Notes: generated from the letters alone by a model not told the origin. 64,000 nucleotides of DNA from an uncultured virus (IMG/VR IMGVR_UViG_3300034198_030405) (IMGVR_UViG_3300034198_030405), one strand, 5' to 3'. Shown: positions 8,364 through 18,366, counted from the first letter of the stretch. Made by a program: numbers and translations.

Positions 8364-11003
8364 TTATCGTAAGATTTCCTGGAAGTTTGCTCCAGTTCTT
8401 GATGCATGGAAGTTTACCAAGATAAACTCTGCGGTACGAACTGGCTTGATGTAAATGTCGACAACCAATTCATTTGCATCAATGACTGCAGGTGTATTAT
8501 TCCTATCGTCGCATACAATTATGTAATCATAAATACCTTGATTGATTGTTGCAGTCTTGGCAGCTTCAAAGTTTGGCGTCAAGTCATCCACCAAGCGAGT
8601 GCGTGTGTATAATGAATTTGGTTCAAATACATAGAAACGTGCAATTGCTTTTGTTTGCTTCTCGAGTATGATAAACAAGCGGCGCACATTAACTCGGTCA
8701 AATGCGCTTGGTGTGCGAAGCATAGTTTTTTGACCGTATATCACAATGCCCTCTCTCACAAACTGTGTAATTGGATTGAGATTGAACTTGTACAAATCAT
8801 CGCGCTGTTTCTGATTAGGTGTGATTGCAATGTCATCGACTTGATTTACTAATCCGCGGCGGAATCCTGCTGGTGCAGACCAATACGCAAAATCTCTATC
8901 TGAGCGTGCATAATCTGCTGCAACATATCCCGAAAATGGCACCCACACATTTATTTGTGCAAACGTATCTTGGACACGTGCCCAGTTAGCATATGCTGCC
9001 GCATAGCTTGTGTTTGCAAGCTCAAACTGATGACGCAGCGGTGAAAACACATATTGAGACCAGCTCTTGTTTGAATCATACAATGTCTTTGAGTTGATGC
9101 CAGTTACAAGAATGTGGCGAATTGGGTCAGCAATGAAAATGTGATCCATTCTATCACGTGCAAAGTCAGCAAATTTGGCAAATATAGTATTGTAGTTGCC
9201 TCTCAAATCCAAAGTATCATCTGCTGGTGCTGCGTAGTTAAATGTTGTTTGCAAGTAGCTAATTGCTTGCTGCAGCGTAGGATTCATCAATGTATCATCA
9301 TAATATGGCGTACGAGCTGCGCATGTTGTTGCATAAATTGTGCCAAGACCTGCTTCAATGGAAATATCAATGTCATACAGTTCATCATTTTCAAGCAATT
9401 GAAAAATACGATCAAGTTTACTAGGCAGACTGCCAATTGTCTTGGTTGTTGGTGTTGGATTTACATATGCACCAAGACCAATTAAATCATCAGCATACCT
9501 GCTTAAAAATGATGTTTTAGCAGCATTGTATGCACCAGCAGTGATTCCAACTGTACCTGATACTTGATTAAAAACAGTGCTGTCAGTGACTTGTGTTTCA
9601 AGTTCATGTGACAACATTCTCACACTCTTGGTCGGTATACCATTTGCATCAAGCCATGTGGATGAAGCACGATTTGATATATTATCATTAACCAAAACCG
9701 TAATGTTGCGGGATGCATCTTCCACTTCATTACCGATGTAAGCTGATGCAATTGGTCCTCCGTTCTCCGGTGTGCGCTGACGGTAATAATCCATGCTTGC
9801 AACAAACCTCTCTTCAAGCAAGTAATCGAGCTTGACTGTATTAGTTGAGAAGATGCTCTGACGAAGCTTGAATACACCTATTGTGAGGTAGTCGTTGTAT
9901 TGTTTTGTACCAATGTTGAATGATGCAGCATTCTCAATAATCTGAGAAAGTGATCCATTTGTTAAATTGCTGCCTGATAGTGTAAAGTTGAGACGAGCAT
10001 CAGGAATTGGTGTGCCTGTATCTGCACTACCTGTACTTGTAACAGCAGTATTAAAAGTAGTTGCTGTTACAATGCCATCAAACTGAGTTGCAGGATTTAC
10101 ATTGGAATTGTCAACTACACCAATGTAATAACCTTCATACTTGTCATTGATGGTTGTCTGTGCCTTGTTGAAGATGATCAAACCAGCTTTACCGAAATCA
10201 CTGATGCTTGTGATACTATTTGCAACACCAGCAGATGTTGTTGTTGTATTAGACCATTGAAATACTTCGCCATTGATGCATGACAGATATTGTGATTTAG
10301 TCAGCGTGAAGTGAATTGGCTTGCCGAGAACATATGCATCGACACTTGTTGAATTAAGTGTAGACACAATACCACCGATGTTGCTGTAGCTTGGTGTAGC
10401 AATTGTTATTGTTGGTGCAGCTGTATATCCAGATCCAGGTTGTGTAATAGAAAGTGATGATACTGTACCAACAGTTGTTATATTTGCTGTAAATGCTGCT
10501 GTTGTACCAGGTGTCTGTGGTGCTGATACTGTAACCGCAGGTGCAGTTGCATAATATCGACCTGATAATACCACTGATACAGCTGACACGCCACCAGCAA
10601 CAGTGAGTGGAATACCTGCTGTAGCTGTTGCTGTAATATCAGCAAGATTAATGTTGACAGGATTACCAGATACTGCAACAACTGGATAAACAACTGCGCT
10701 GTATTGTGATCCAAATCCATCACCATTGCCACCACCATAAGGAAGACGGCTGAGTAATAAATTAGCTCCTGTTCCAAACAAAGGTTTTACAGAATAGTAA
10801 AAATAACGTTCTGCAGCATTGGTTGGTGCACCGAAAATTTGCTCAAATTCAGCGATGGAAGAGACGCTGATGATTTCATCTGTCGGACCTTTGCTTGCAA
10901 AACCAGTAATCAGAACATCCGTGCCATTAATATTGGACTGGATTGCTGTTTCATCGATTTCATTAATTTGTACCCCAGGGGAATTGATAATTCTTGATGC
11001 CAT
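8364..11003 (-). CDS. gp18: Contractile tail sheath protein
   Basis: SPGVQINEID...GFASKGP...FEQIFGAP at the N-terminus; WSAPAGFRRG, YGQKT, SAFDRVNVRRLF, FEPN and DIYIKPVRTAEFILVNF at the C-terminus. Confidence 0.97.
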   Translation of the reverse strand: MASRIINSPGVQINEIDETAIQSNINGTDVLITGFASKGPTDEIISVSSIAEFEQIFGAPTNAAERYFYYSVKPLFGTGANLLLSRLPYGGGNGDGFGSQYSAVVYPVVAVSGNPVNINLADITATATAGIPLTVAGGVSAVSVVLSGRYYATAPAVTVSAPQTPGTTAAFTANITTVGTVSSLSITQPGSGYTAAPTITIATPSYSNIGGIVSTLNSTSVDAYVLGKPIHFTLTKSQYLSCINGEVFQWSNTTTTSAGVANSITSISDFGKAGLIIFNKAQTTINDKYEGYYIGVVDNSNVNPATQFDGIVTATTFNTAVTSTGSADTGTPIPDARLNFTLSGSNLTNGSLSQIIENAASFNIGTKQYNDYLTIGVFKLRQSIFSTNTVKLDYLLEERFVASMDYYRQRTPENGGPIASAYIGNEVEDASRNITVLVNDNISNRASSTWLDANGIPTKSVRMLSHELETQVTDSTVFNQVSGTVGITAGAYNAAKTSFLSRYADDLIGLGAYVNPTPTTKTIGSLPSKLDRIFQLLENDELYDIDISIEAGLGTIYATTCAARTPYYDDTLMNPTLQQAISYLQTTFNYAAPADDTLDLRGNYNTIFAKFADFARDRMDHIFIADPIRHILVTGINSKTLYDSNKSWSQYVFSPLRHQFELANTSYAAAYANWARVQDTFAQINVWVPFSGYVAADYARSDRDFAYWSAPAGFRRGLVNQVDDIAITPNQKQRDDLYKFNLNPITQFVREGIVIYGQKTMLRTPSAFDRVNVRRLFIILEKQTKAIARFYVFEPNSLYTRTRLVDDLTPNFEAAKTATINQGIYDYIIVCDDRNNTPAVIDANELVVDIYIKPVRTAEFILVNFHASRTGANFQEILR

Positions 11004-11033
11004 GTAGATATTTATGAAAAATCAAGCATAAAT

Positions 11034-11612
11034 TTAAAGTATAGTAGAAATAATGTTTGAAAATACAAATTCAAATGAACATTGAATTTCTTTGCTGTCT
11101 TGATAGGTTAGAGAAATGCTGCCTAATTTAGTAGGAAAAGCTTTTAGATACTCAAATTTAATGATGTTGTTGTTGAATTCATCTTTAGCATATAATGTGA
11201 ATGTAGTAGCATATTCATTCAAAACAGCTTCTGCATTTGCAAGTCCTCTGCTATTTACGACTCCAAATACACCTTCTCTCTCATCTCGCATTAAATTAAG
11301 CCACTGATATATGCACCAATAATTATTAAATTCATTATCAATGGTGAAGTTGATGGTTACAGGTGGGAATGATGGTCTGCTGTGAGATGATACATAAATA
11401 GTGCTGCCTCCAAATCTTGTCTCAACTGCAGGCACAACAATGTCAGGAATTACTGTGCCAAACACAGAAAATTGCAGAGCATCAATGTTTACATTTTTAT
11501 TGCTGCGTGTGAATTTGCTGTTGATGCTTTTTAATGCAGGTGGTAAGTTTATTACCATAGTAAACTTATCAACACGTGCCTTATTAAATGGTGATTGTAC
11601 GATGTCAGTCAT
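11034..11612 (-). CDS. gp3: Tail completion / sheath stabiliser (gp3-like)
   Basis: INFTIDNEFNNYWCIYQWL and FEYLKAFPTKLGSISL match the T4 gp3 family. Confidence 0.7.
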   Translation of the reverse strand: MTDIVQSPFNKARVDKFTMVINLPPALKSINSKFTRSNKNVNIDALQFSVFGTVIPDIVVPAVETRFGGSTIYVSSHSRPSFPPVTINFTIDNEFNNYWCIYQWLNLMRDEREGVFGVVNSRGLANAEAVLNEYATTFTLYAKDEFNNNIIKFEYLKAFPTKLGSISLTYQDSKEIQCSFEFVFSNIISTIL

Positions 11613-13153
11613 AATATTGTCCAGCCCTCTAATTCAAGGTCACTTACTTCGCTGCTTTGATTGGTAGAACTGCCAAACACAATGGGCAAGCTTGCTGCAT
11701 CTGAGTATTTAGTGGCTTCCAATGCATTGCCAAACAAATCATATTTTTTATTGTTTGATGTGAAGTACTTTAAGCCGTAATCCAAAGGCTTGATGGATCT
11801 AGGTTTGCCATTTTCATCCAAATCAACAACTTCAAAATAATTGCCGCAAATGCCGTACTGTGGGTCATTGTCAAGCAACACCAGTGCCCAAATGAGGCTC
11901 ATGACACAATCGTCTACTCCACTGCCACGCGCACTCCATGTTCCATTGGGTTTGCATACAAAGTCTTTGAGCTCAAGAATAGTCTGTAAATGATTGAAAC
12001 GCACACAGTTGAGTGTATTGACCCAGTATCTCATGTTGCGAACGCCGCGTTGTTTGGTGTTGGTGTGAGCAACAACACCTAAAAAATCTTTTTTGCGGCC
12101 AGCTAGTTCAGCTCCATAGCTTACAATATTTTCATACTGATGCATATTCCGCAGATTATCAACAACCTGAGCACCGCAGTTGTTTCTTTCAATAAGAACC
12201 AAGGGGTTTCCCCATTGCTGCATTATTTCATGCAATTTTGTTGTAAATTGCGCTGGTGCAATGGTATTATCTCTGTAAACAGCAACTTGCTCAATGCTAG
12301 TTAAATCGGTGATATCAAGAATTTGAATAACAGAATAATTCTGACCTACTCCTTCAGCAACATCAACACCAACTGCATACAGACGATCTGGTAGTGGTGA
12401 TTTCCATATCATATATTTGTCGCTTTCAAGAAAAAACTGAGGTGTTGTACAATATTGCCTGAGTTTATCAAATGTGCTCAAGTCAATGGACGATTCACCA
12501 CTTTGAAGAAACTGGCAATCATATTCTTGCATAAATGATTCCACGCTACCGATTTGTTTGATTTGTTCACGTTTCCACTTTTCATCATGACCAGGAACTG
12601 CATCCCATTTGATGGTCATGCTTGCAAAGCCATTCTCACCTTTGATGGCTCCGTCATACAGCTGATAAAACAGGTTATCTGTGCCTTTGGGTGTAGAAGC
12701 AATGAGGACTTTGGAGTGTTTGGAGCGAGAAATGGTTGGCCACACTGATCGCCAAAAATCATCCATGATGGAAGGTGGATCAATGAATGCAAGCTCATCT
12801 AGAATGAGACATTGATGACACAAAACATCATTTACCAAATATGAATGATTATCTTGTATGTGTATTATTTCATACACACTGTTGCTGTCTGTAAATTGGG
12901 TTTTCTTCTTAATTTCAATGCCATTATACAATTCATCACCTGCATGCAAATCTTCTGCAAATGCAATTTGCATATCGTGCTTATATATTTTATGTTTGGG
13001 TGTGCATATCAAATTGCGTCCATTTGACAATTCCAACTTAATTTTGTTGTGATTATCGCCTCTGATTACGCCTTTGAAATCCTTAAAACCTTCATGTGTT
13101 AAAATTTCATACTCAGAATTAAAAACAGAAATATGATTGTTCAGGTCAGCCAT
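11609..13153 (-). CDS. gp17: Terminase large subunit, C-terminal gene (C-intein + Walker B + nuclease domain)
   Basis: After a 114-aa C-intein come CLILDELAF (Walker B), IASTPKG, FMQEYDCQF, GVDVAEGVG and DDCVMSL. Confidence 0.93.
   Translation of the reverse strand: MADLNNHISVFNSEYEILTHEGFKDFKGVIRGDNHNKIKLELSNGRNLICTPKHKIYKHDMQIAFAEDLHAGDELYNGIEIKKKTQFTDSNSVYEIIHIQDNHSYLVNDVLCHQCLILDELAFIDPPSIMDDFWRSVWPTISRSKHSKVLIASTPKGTDNLFYQLYDGAIKGENGFASMTIKWDAVPGHDEKWKREQIKQIGSVESFMQEYDCQFLQSGESSIDLSTFDKLRQYCTTPQFFLESDKYMIWKSPLPDRLYAVGVDVAEGVGQNYSVIQILDITDLTSIEQVAVYRDNTIAPAQFTTKLHEIMQQWGNPLVLIERNNCGAQVVDNLRNMHQYENIVSYGAELAGRKKDFLGVVAHTNTKQRGVRNMRYWVNTLNCVRFNHLQTILELKDFVCKPNGTWSARGSGVDDCVMSLIWALVLLDNDPQYGICGNYFEVVDLDENGKPRSIKPLDYGLKYFTSNNKKYDLFGNALEATKYSDAASLPIVFGSSTNQSSEVSDLELEGWTIL
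12812..13153 (-). mobile_element. Split intein C-part (114 aa, atypically long, ends His-Gln, followed by Cys+1)
   Basis: YEILTHEGFKDFKG, block B ICTPKHKIY, block F VYEIIHIQDNHSYLVN, block G VLCHQ|C. Confidence 0.88.
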
Positions 13154-14805
13154 TTATACATATATTTATCGCAACCCACATTATACAATACATCAATATT
13201 ATTGTTAAAACAGTTTTGAAATTCTGTCAAATTGTGGTCAAAGTTTTCAAATAATTGCTTTTGTTTGTGTTTAGCAAAAGTAAATCTATGATGTCTTTTG
13301 TTGTTTTTGATGTAGTAGAAGCCGGGGCTGGTTTGTTTTATATATTCAAATCCTGCATGAATATAAGATGTATTTCTACCCCAATTCAAATCGCAATATG
13401 AAATAATGTTGGTTTGGTGTAGGTTTGCATGATTTTTAACAAATTTACTCAATGCACCTATGACCTGAGTATTTTTTATGCAGCAGAATCTAATTAATTC
13501 ATGTGCAGCAGTCTGATTGCTTTGGCGAAATATGATTCTCGATTTAACTGTTGAGAAGCAAGCAACGGAAACAAGTTTATTGTTATGGAATAACCCATAA
13601 TTAAATTGGGCATTGCAGTAAGCATCAAGATGGTTTTCATTACAAAATGTTTTTGCATCTGTTGCATTGATTTTTTTAAATTCGCATTTACGAGCATAAA
13701 TTCGCTGCATGCCTTGCATATTAAGAACAACAGATAATCTACTTTTAATGATGTTAAATTTACTCTCATCAAGTATATCATCCTCATACAGCTGTATGAG
13801 TTTTATACCCCTGTCTAAACACATTTGAAATTTATTAACATGATACAATTTATCTTTGCCGCCAGATCTAAGACTATGCCAGATTAATCCATTGGCCTCA
13901 ATGGCAACATTGCTTTGTGGAATAAAAATATCTACTTCATGAGGCGATATCACCTGTCTGCTGCGAATAATATATGAAATGCCACATTCATTTAAAAATT
14001 CAAACAACCGCTCTTCAATGTTTGTTCCCTGTCTGGGATTGCAATTGAAGCATCGAGGACGATGACCAATGGATAAATCTGCATAAAAGCTACTGTTGCA
14101 CACCAAACATTGCCACTGATATTTTGTATACTTTGCACAGCCATTATATTTATCAATCAACTTTACATTGCACTGCTCTTGAATATCATCAATATATTTG
14201 AGTGCACTGTTGGCTTTTGCTTTGTTCTGAATTTCAGCGCTTTGCATTGCATTACCTACACCATATTTTTTGAGACATGTGAGCTGCGATTTGTTTTTGA
14301 ATTCTTCGGTTTCAAAAAAGTGCTCAGTCCCATACTTTTCTAAATTTTTTAGCACTGTTTTTGCCATCAGTGCTTCTTTATCTTTGTTTATCCATGTGTC
14401 CTGTAATTTTTGTTTAAACTCATTGGTCTGTTGGTAAATTTCTGTACCATACTTCTGCAAGTTTAATTTGGCTTGATGCTCTCTGCAAATTTTTGAACCA
14501 ATCCATGGCTTGCCATATCTGTTGATGTGCGTTTGTTTAATTTTATCAACATTGCTTGTATTTGCACACTTCGTTGAACAAAACAACCCATACCCGTCTT
14601 TATATCCTCTAAATTTTAATGCATTGCTGCAATTTTTGCAAAGCCAAACAACATTATTGTTGATGATATTAAAAACATTCTGCGCAAAAGTTATGTCATC
14701 ACTGTATAATGTATGTTTTAATATAAAGTCAAGCTGATGAGCATCAAAACTCTTTCTGCTTAACTTTGCAGCTGCATCTGCAGTTTGTTTTATATCTACA
14801 ATCAC
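13141..14805 (-). mobile_element. Hef-like homing endonuclease gene between the two terminase genes
   Basis: KYG repeats, a Zn ribbon, EVDIFIP...IEANGLIWHS...LIQLYEDD, and a GNAT-like C-terminus (RIYARKC, ENHL, ELIRFC, YCDLNW, VGCD). GTG start; its stop overlaps the TerL-C start. Confidence 0.8.
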
Positions 14806-14810
14806 CAGTT

Positions 14811-14818
14811 TATTTATA
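14811..14818 (-). promoter_or_regulatory. TATAAATA late-promoter element for the endonuclease, overlapping the TerL-N stop codon
   Basis: Exact T4 late consensus, 5 nt before GTG 14805. Confidence 0.75.
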
Positions 14819-16316
14819 CCAAACTGGGTGAATCTTCCACTAGATTAGTTTTCCAACTATTTTTTTCTAATCTTTGTTGCAGCTCAGCAATTGTTATATT
14901 TTTAATCTCTTGTGTGATTTTATTTCTAACTGTAATTATACTATTGCCACCAACACAGTTTAAAGATGTACCACGAGCAGCAGAACCAGTTGTTGTGCTG
15001 ATGCCAATTCTTGATCCATTGTTGAGCATCATGCTCGTCTTGCCATATTCGTCAACACCAGGCTTGAGCCAGTTTGGCATTTGTTCATAAGCAAGACGCA
15101 CTCTTCGGAAGATTTCAATGGCTGTGCTCTCTTTGTTAGCAACAATCATAATGTTTTGATCTTGATTGAAACATGCAATCCACAATGCATAGATGGTTAG
15201 CAAGGTGGTGTTGTGTGTAGGTATGTATTGCTTTCCACACAAATAGAGATTGTCCTTGCTATCAACAGTAATGCATCGAACAGCAACTGATTCAACTTCC
15301 TGAATATCTTTGATGTAGTGCCATTGTGCTCTATGTTTTGAGCTGTTTATATGAGGCTCAATGGGAGTGAAAGTAATGCTGCTACAAACAGCGCATTCAA
15401 CACCATTTAAGGTTGGTACATGGGTCTTGGATGTTACTTTATATCCTAAACTTTCTACAAGTTGTTTGGTCTGCTCAACAAGTGTATGATTTGTATTATA
15501 AAACTGACAAACACCTGACTTCGTCATGTATCCAACACTATCAATCAGACCCCTGAGCAGCTCTAATCTTTGCTCTCTTGAAGCCATGAGATAAACATTA
15601 GGAATATGTTTATTGTTTGTAAGGTTGTTAGCTGTAATGCATCTGCTATCACTGCATCCATCTCCAAGCCATAGTCCTAATACATATGGATCCATAGGTA
15701 ATTGCTGGTGCTTGCCTACAACACCAGCAATGCATGCTGGAATTCTATGATTCGGCTCATCACCATGTGTCTTAAGAGTATTCAACAACTGTTGTGTTGT
15801 TTTTGTAGTACCTTGTTGCTTTGCGCGTTGTTCCAATCGACTCTGCGTAAACCACAAATGATCCGCATCAGCAATAATCTCCTCACCATTATTAAAAACA
15901 ACTTTGTAACATTTGCGATCATGCATCACATCATGTGCTTTTACTACATTGCAAATGCTACCATCTGCTGCATATATTTGATCACCATCTTTGAGTTCGC
16001 CCATGGTCTTCCATCCATCTGGTGAGGGGATGGGTGTATTTACATCAAGAGCTTTGCCAATTTGACGACTTGCAAGTAGCAAATTATATCTATTGTCTCG
16101 CAACATTCTCAGTGCATCTTTTTGATACTTGTATAGTTTAATTACGGTTCTACCTTCATCTGGATCTATGATGTAAAAATAATTCTCTGCAAAGAAAAGC
16201 AAATTTTGTTCACATTTCTTAATATTTTTAATCATCTCAGATGTATACTCAAACTCTGCTTTACTTGTGGGTAGAGCAGGATTGTTGAGATAATAATCGC
16301 CTTTTTTGTTTGCCAT
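14814..16316 (-). CDS. gp17: Terminase large subunit, N-terminal gene (ATPase with a cis class-3 intein and a terminal N-intein)
   Basis: YYLNNPALP, FFAENYFYI, LYKYQ, Walker A SRQIGK|...|TT, IVANK, LAYEQMPNWL and GSAARGTSLN. I moved the start to ATG 16316 (MANKK). Confidence 0.93.
   Translation of the reverse strand: MANKKGDYYLNNPALPTSKAEFEYTSEMIKNIKKCEQNLLFFAENYFYIIDPDEGRTVIKLYKYQKDALRMLRDNRYNLLLASRQIGKALDVNTPIPSPDGWKTMGELKDGDQIYAADGSICNVVKAHDVMHDRKCYKVVFNNGEEIIADADHLWFTQSRLEQRAKQQGTTKTTQQLLNTLKTHGDEPNHRIPACIAGVVGKHQQLPMDPYVLGLWLGDGCSDSRCITANNLTNNKHIPNVYLMASREQRLELLRGLIDSVGYMTKSGVCQFYNTNHTLVEQTKQLVESLGYKVTSKTHVPTLNGVECAVCSSITFTPIEPHINSSKHRAQWHYIKDIQEVESVAVRCITVDSKDNLYLCGKQYIPTHNTTLLTIYALWIACFNQDQNIMIVANKESTAIEIFRRVRLAYEQMPNWLKPGVDEYGKTSMMLNNGSRIGISTTTGSAARGTSLNCVGGNSIITVRNKITQEIKNITIAELQQRLEKNSWKTNLVEDSPSLV
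14817..14957 (-). mobile_element. Split intein N-part (47 aa, Cys1)
   Basis: SLN|CVGGNSIITVRNKITQEIKNITIAELQQRL* is intein block A followed by a stop. Confidence 0.85.
15210..16052 (-). mobile_element. Contiguous class-3 intein (281 aa) in the terminase P-loop with a degenerate LAGLIDADG domain
   Basis: Ala1 (GK|ALDVNTPI); WCT triplet of DADHLW, VRCITV and PTHN|T; LAGLIDADG motifs LGLWLGDG and LRGLIDSVG. Confidence 0.9.
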
Positions 16317-16324
16317 GCTGTTTT

Positions 16325-16345
16325 TATTTATACGCCTATTAAATA
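16325..16345. promoter_or_regulatory. Back-to-back divergent late-promoter elements
   Basis: TATAAATA on the minus strand (16325-16332) before TerL, and TAAATA on the plus strand (16340-16345) 5 nt before ATG 16351. Confidence 0.7.
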
Positions 16346-16350
16346 GAAAC

Positions 16351-17148
16351 ATGCAACGCAACACTAGAGTCAAATTCAAAACCAAAAAAGGTCATGGCGG
16401 TAAACCACTTCCTACAGTTAAAATTAAGAAACCAACCATGGGTGCTGAAACCATGGACGTAGAAAATCACGGTGGACCAGCAAATGCTTCGGGATACGTA
16501 TCACCTCTTGATTCAAAAAAGTCAAAGAAAAATAATTTGTATGACCCACAAAGATTTTCATTAGGAGTTGAAAAAGCAGAGCCGCAGACCCTAAATACTC
16601 ATATGACAAAGAAATCTCTTTTTGACACTCTATACGAAGAAGTAATGGATAATCCCTCTGATTTGGACCAAGATACACAGGACATTGATGCTCTTGATAT
16701 TGATATTTCAGACGATGCAGGCGATGAATCAGAAATCACAATTTCACTTCCACGTGAACTTGCACAAAGACTGCACGATGCACTCATGAGCCAACTTGAA
16801 GGTGGTGCAGAAGATGAAATGACTGATGAAGAAATGGGTGCTGAGGATCTCGGTGCAGATGTAGATGAATTTGAAGATGAAGATGAAGATGAGGATACAT
16901 TCCCTGAAAGCATCGAAGTCAAGCCAGAACCTAAGCCAGTTGGCAACAGGGGTCACAAAATGATGAGCAAAGGCGGTTTCAAAGTCAGAAGCACAGTCAC
17001 AGGCAAATCAGGCGGCAAAGCAGATACATCAGCAAAAGGCGCTAAAGTTGAGCCTGAGCCAAAGCCTTTAGGTGACAGAGGCAAGGCTCTCATGGGTAAA
17101 AACAACAAGGTGGGCAACCTTACAGCAGGTAAATCAATCTTCGATTAA
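16351..17148 (+). CDS. Hypothetical protein with basic ends and a very acidic core (possible prohead core/internal protein); in-frame internal start at 16603
   Basis: D/E-rich middle and a repeated KVEPEPKPxGxRG; TAAATA-N5-ATG at both 16351 and 16603. Confidence 0.6.
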   Translation: MQRNTRVKFKTKKGHGGKPLPTVKIKKPTMGAETMDVENHGGPANASGYVSPLDSKKSKKNNLYDPQRFSLGVEKAEPQTLNTHMTKKSLFDTLYEEVMDNPSDLDQDTQDIDALDIDISDDAGDESEITISLPRELAQRLHDALMSQLEGGAEDEMTDEEMGAEDLGADVDEFEDEDEDEDTFPESIEVKPEPKPVGNRGHKMMSKGGFKVRSTVTGKSGGKADTSAKGAKVEPEPKPLGDRGKALMGKNNKVGNLTAGKSIFD

Positions 17149-17168
17149 TAAGAAGAGCAATTAAGATT

Positions 17169-17204
17169 AAAAAAAAAGAGCAGCTTTATTGCTGCTCTTT
17201 TTTT
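17169..17204. terminator. Bidirectional Rho-independent terminator between convergent genes
   Basis: A-tract, GAGCAGC-tttatt-GCTGCTC, T-tract. Confidence 0.88.
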
Positions 17205-17220
17205 GTTTATTTTTTTATAG

Positions 17221-17640
17221 TTAAGAGACTACTGCATAATAATCATCTTCTGATGGGAGACATTTGAGAAAATTATCTTCAATTGATGTGTTGCCTAATT
17301 CACTAGCAAGGCATCGAGGCTCTGCCATGAATTGATTGTAGTTGAATTTGCCTCCACCTACTGCATTGCTTGCTGCAAATTCAAGATCAACAGCATCATA
17401 ACGCTCAGTTGCCTGAGTGCTTGCATGCCACTGTCTAAAGGCATCTACCAATTGTAATGCATAGAAAACTGCAATACGCTTGTTTGTTTCTGCAGTTGTA
17501 GAAGATACCAATTTCATCAAATCTGTTTTCACAGACTCGGCGTTGCGGCCATCTTCCCATTTGATACTATCAACCAATCTCCAAAACTCTTCAACTTTAG
17601 TTTTTGAGAACCGACTATTTGCATTATCGTGTGTTTGCAT
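17221..17640 (-). CDS. Hypothetical protein (weak DUF4240-like pattern)
   Basis: EEFWRLVDSI...AVGGGKFNYNQFMAEPRCL. Confidence 0.5.
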   Translation of the reverse strand: MQTHDNANSRFSKTKVEEFWRLVDSIKWEDGRNAESVKTDLMKLVSSTTAETNKRIAVFYALQLVDAFRQWHASTQATERYDAVDLEFAASNAVGGGKFNYNQFMAEPRCLASELGNTSIEDNFLKCLPSEDDYYAVVS

Positions 17641-18337
17641 GCTGTAAGAACGCTTTGCGTATTTGTACTAGTTTTTCTATGGTGTGTTTGTTGTAAATAA
17701 TTGGAATTTCTTTCCAGTATTTTGAATTGTTGTAGTTATTTATGGTAAGATATAAAACTTTTAAGCCTTTGCAATGTTTTCCTGTTGTTTGTTGCTTCAT
17801 ATAAGCATACAAGGATAACTGCAACGAATAAATGTTGAACTCACAATAGTCTAGATAATCCAAAGGTGCAAGTAATTTTTCGCCAAAATCATTAGTGAAT
17901 TTAAATTTTTTGTTGGTCTTAAAATCAAGAATTAGGAATTCATTGTCATTTTCAAGTACCAGGTCTGCAGTACCTGCAATTTGGGCATCATCATTCCACA
18001 ATAAACCTTCTGCTGTCTTTTTAGTTGCTCTGAAACCTTCACTTGCTTTGTTGAGACTTTTGATGAGATCTTCATATTTTGAATCAATATCGCCAAATTT
18101 GATGTAATCTTCCATAGCTTTGTGATAAGCCTTGCCTTTATCCTGTGATTCAACGGTTAATGCTTTCCAAGCTGCTTTAACTGCTTCTGGTGTGGTATTA
18201 TTTTTTTCTGCCACACGCGAAGCATGCAATTCAGTATCAAAAGGCTTTTTGTATGTATTTAGAAAAGTTGTTACACTTATATATTCCTGGCCAGTCTCAT
18301 TGTGGTATTTGTGATTGGCTTCATCAAACGTAATCAT
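17624..18337 (-). CDS. PD-(D/E)XK exonuclease (RecB/Cas4-like phage family)
   Basis: FDEANHKY...SVTT...GKAYH...AGTADLV...ILDFKTN...YSLQLSLY. Confidence 0.85.
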   Translation of the reverse strand: MITFDEANHKYHNETGQEYISVTTFLNTYKKPFDTELHASRVAEKNNTTPEAVKAAWKALTVESQDKGKAYHKAMEDYIKFGDIDSKYEDLIKSLNKASEGFRATKKTAEGLLWNDDAQIAGTADLVLENDNEFLILDFKTNKKFKFTNDFGEKLLAPLDYLDYCEFNIYSLQLSLYAYMKQQTTGKHCKGLKVLYLTINNYNNSKYWKEIPIIYNKHTIEKLVQIRKAFLQHANTR

Positions 18338-18366
18338 TATGTATTATGGATGGTGCAACATAAAAA

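Noticed and set aside
17624..18337. CRISPR-associated Cas4
   Set aside because: It lacks the Fe-S cysteine cluster and any cas or array context; it is an ordinary phage PD-(D/E)XK exonuclease.
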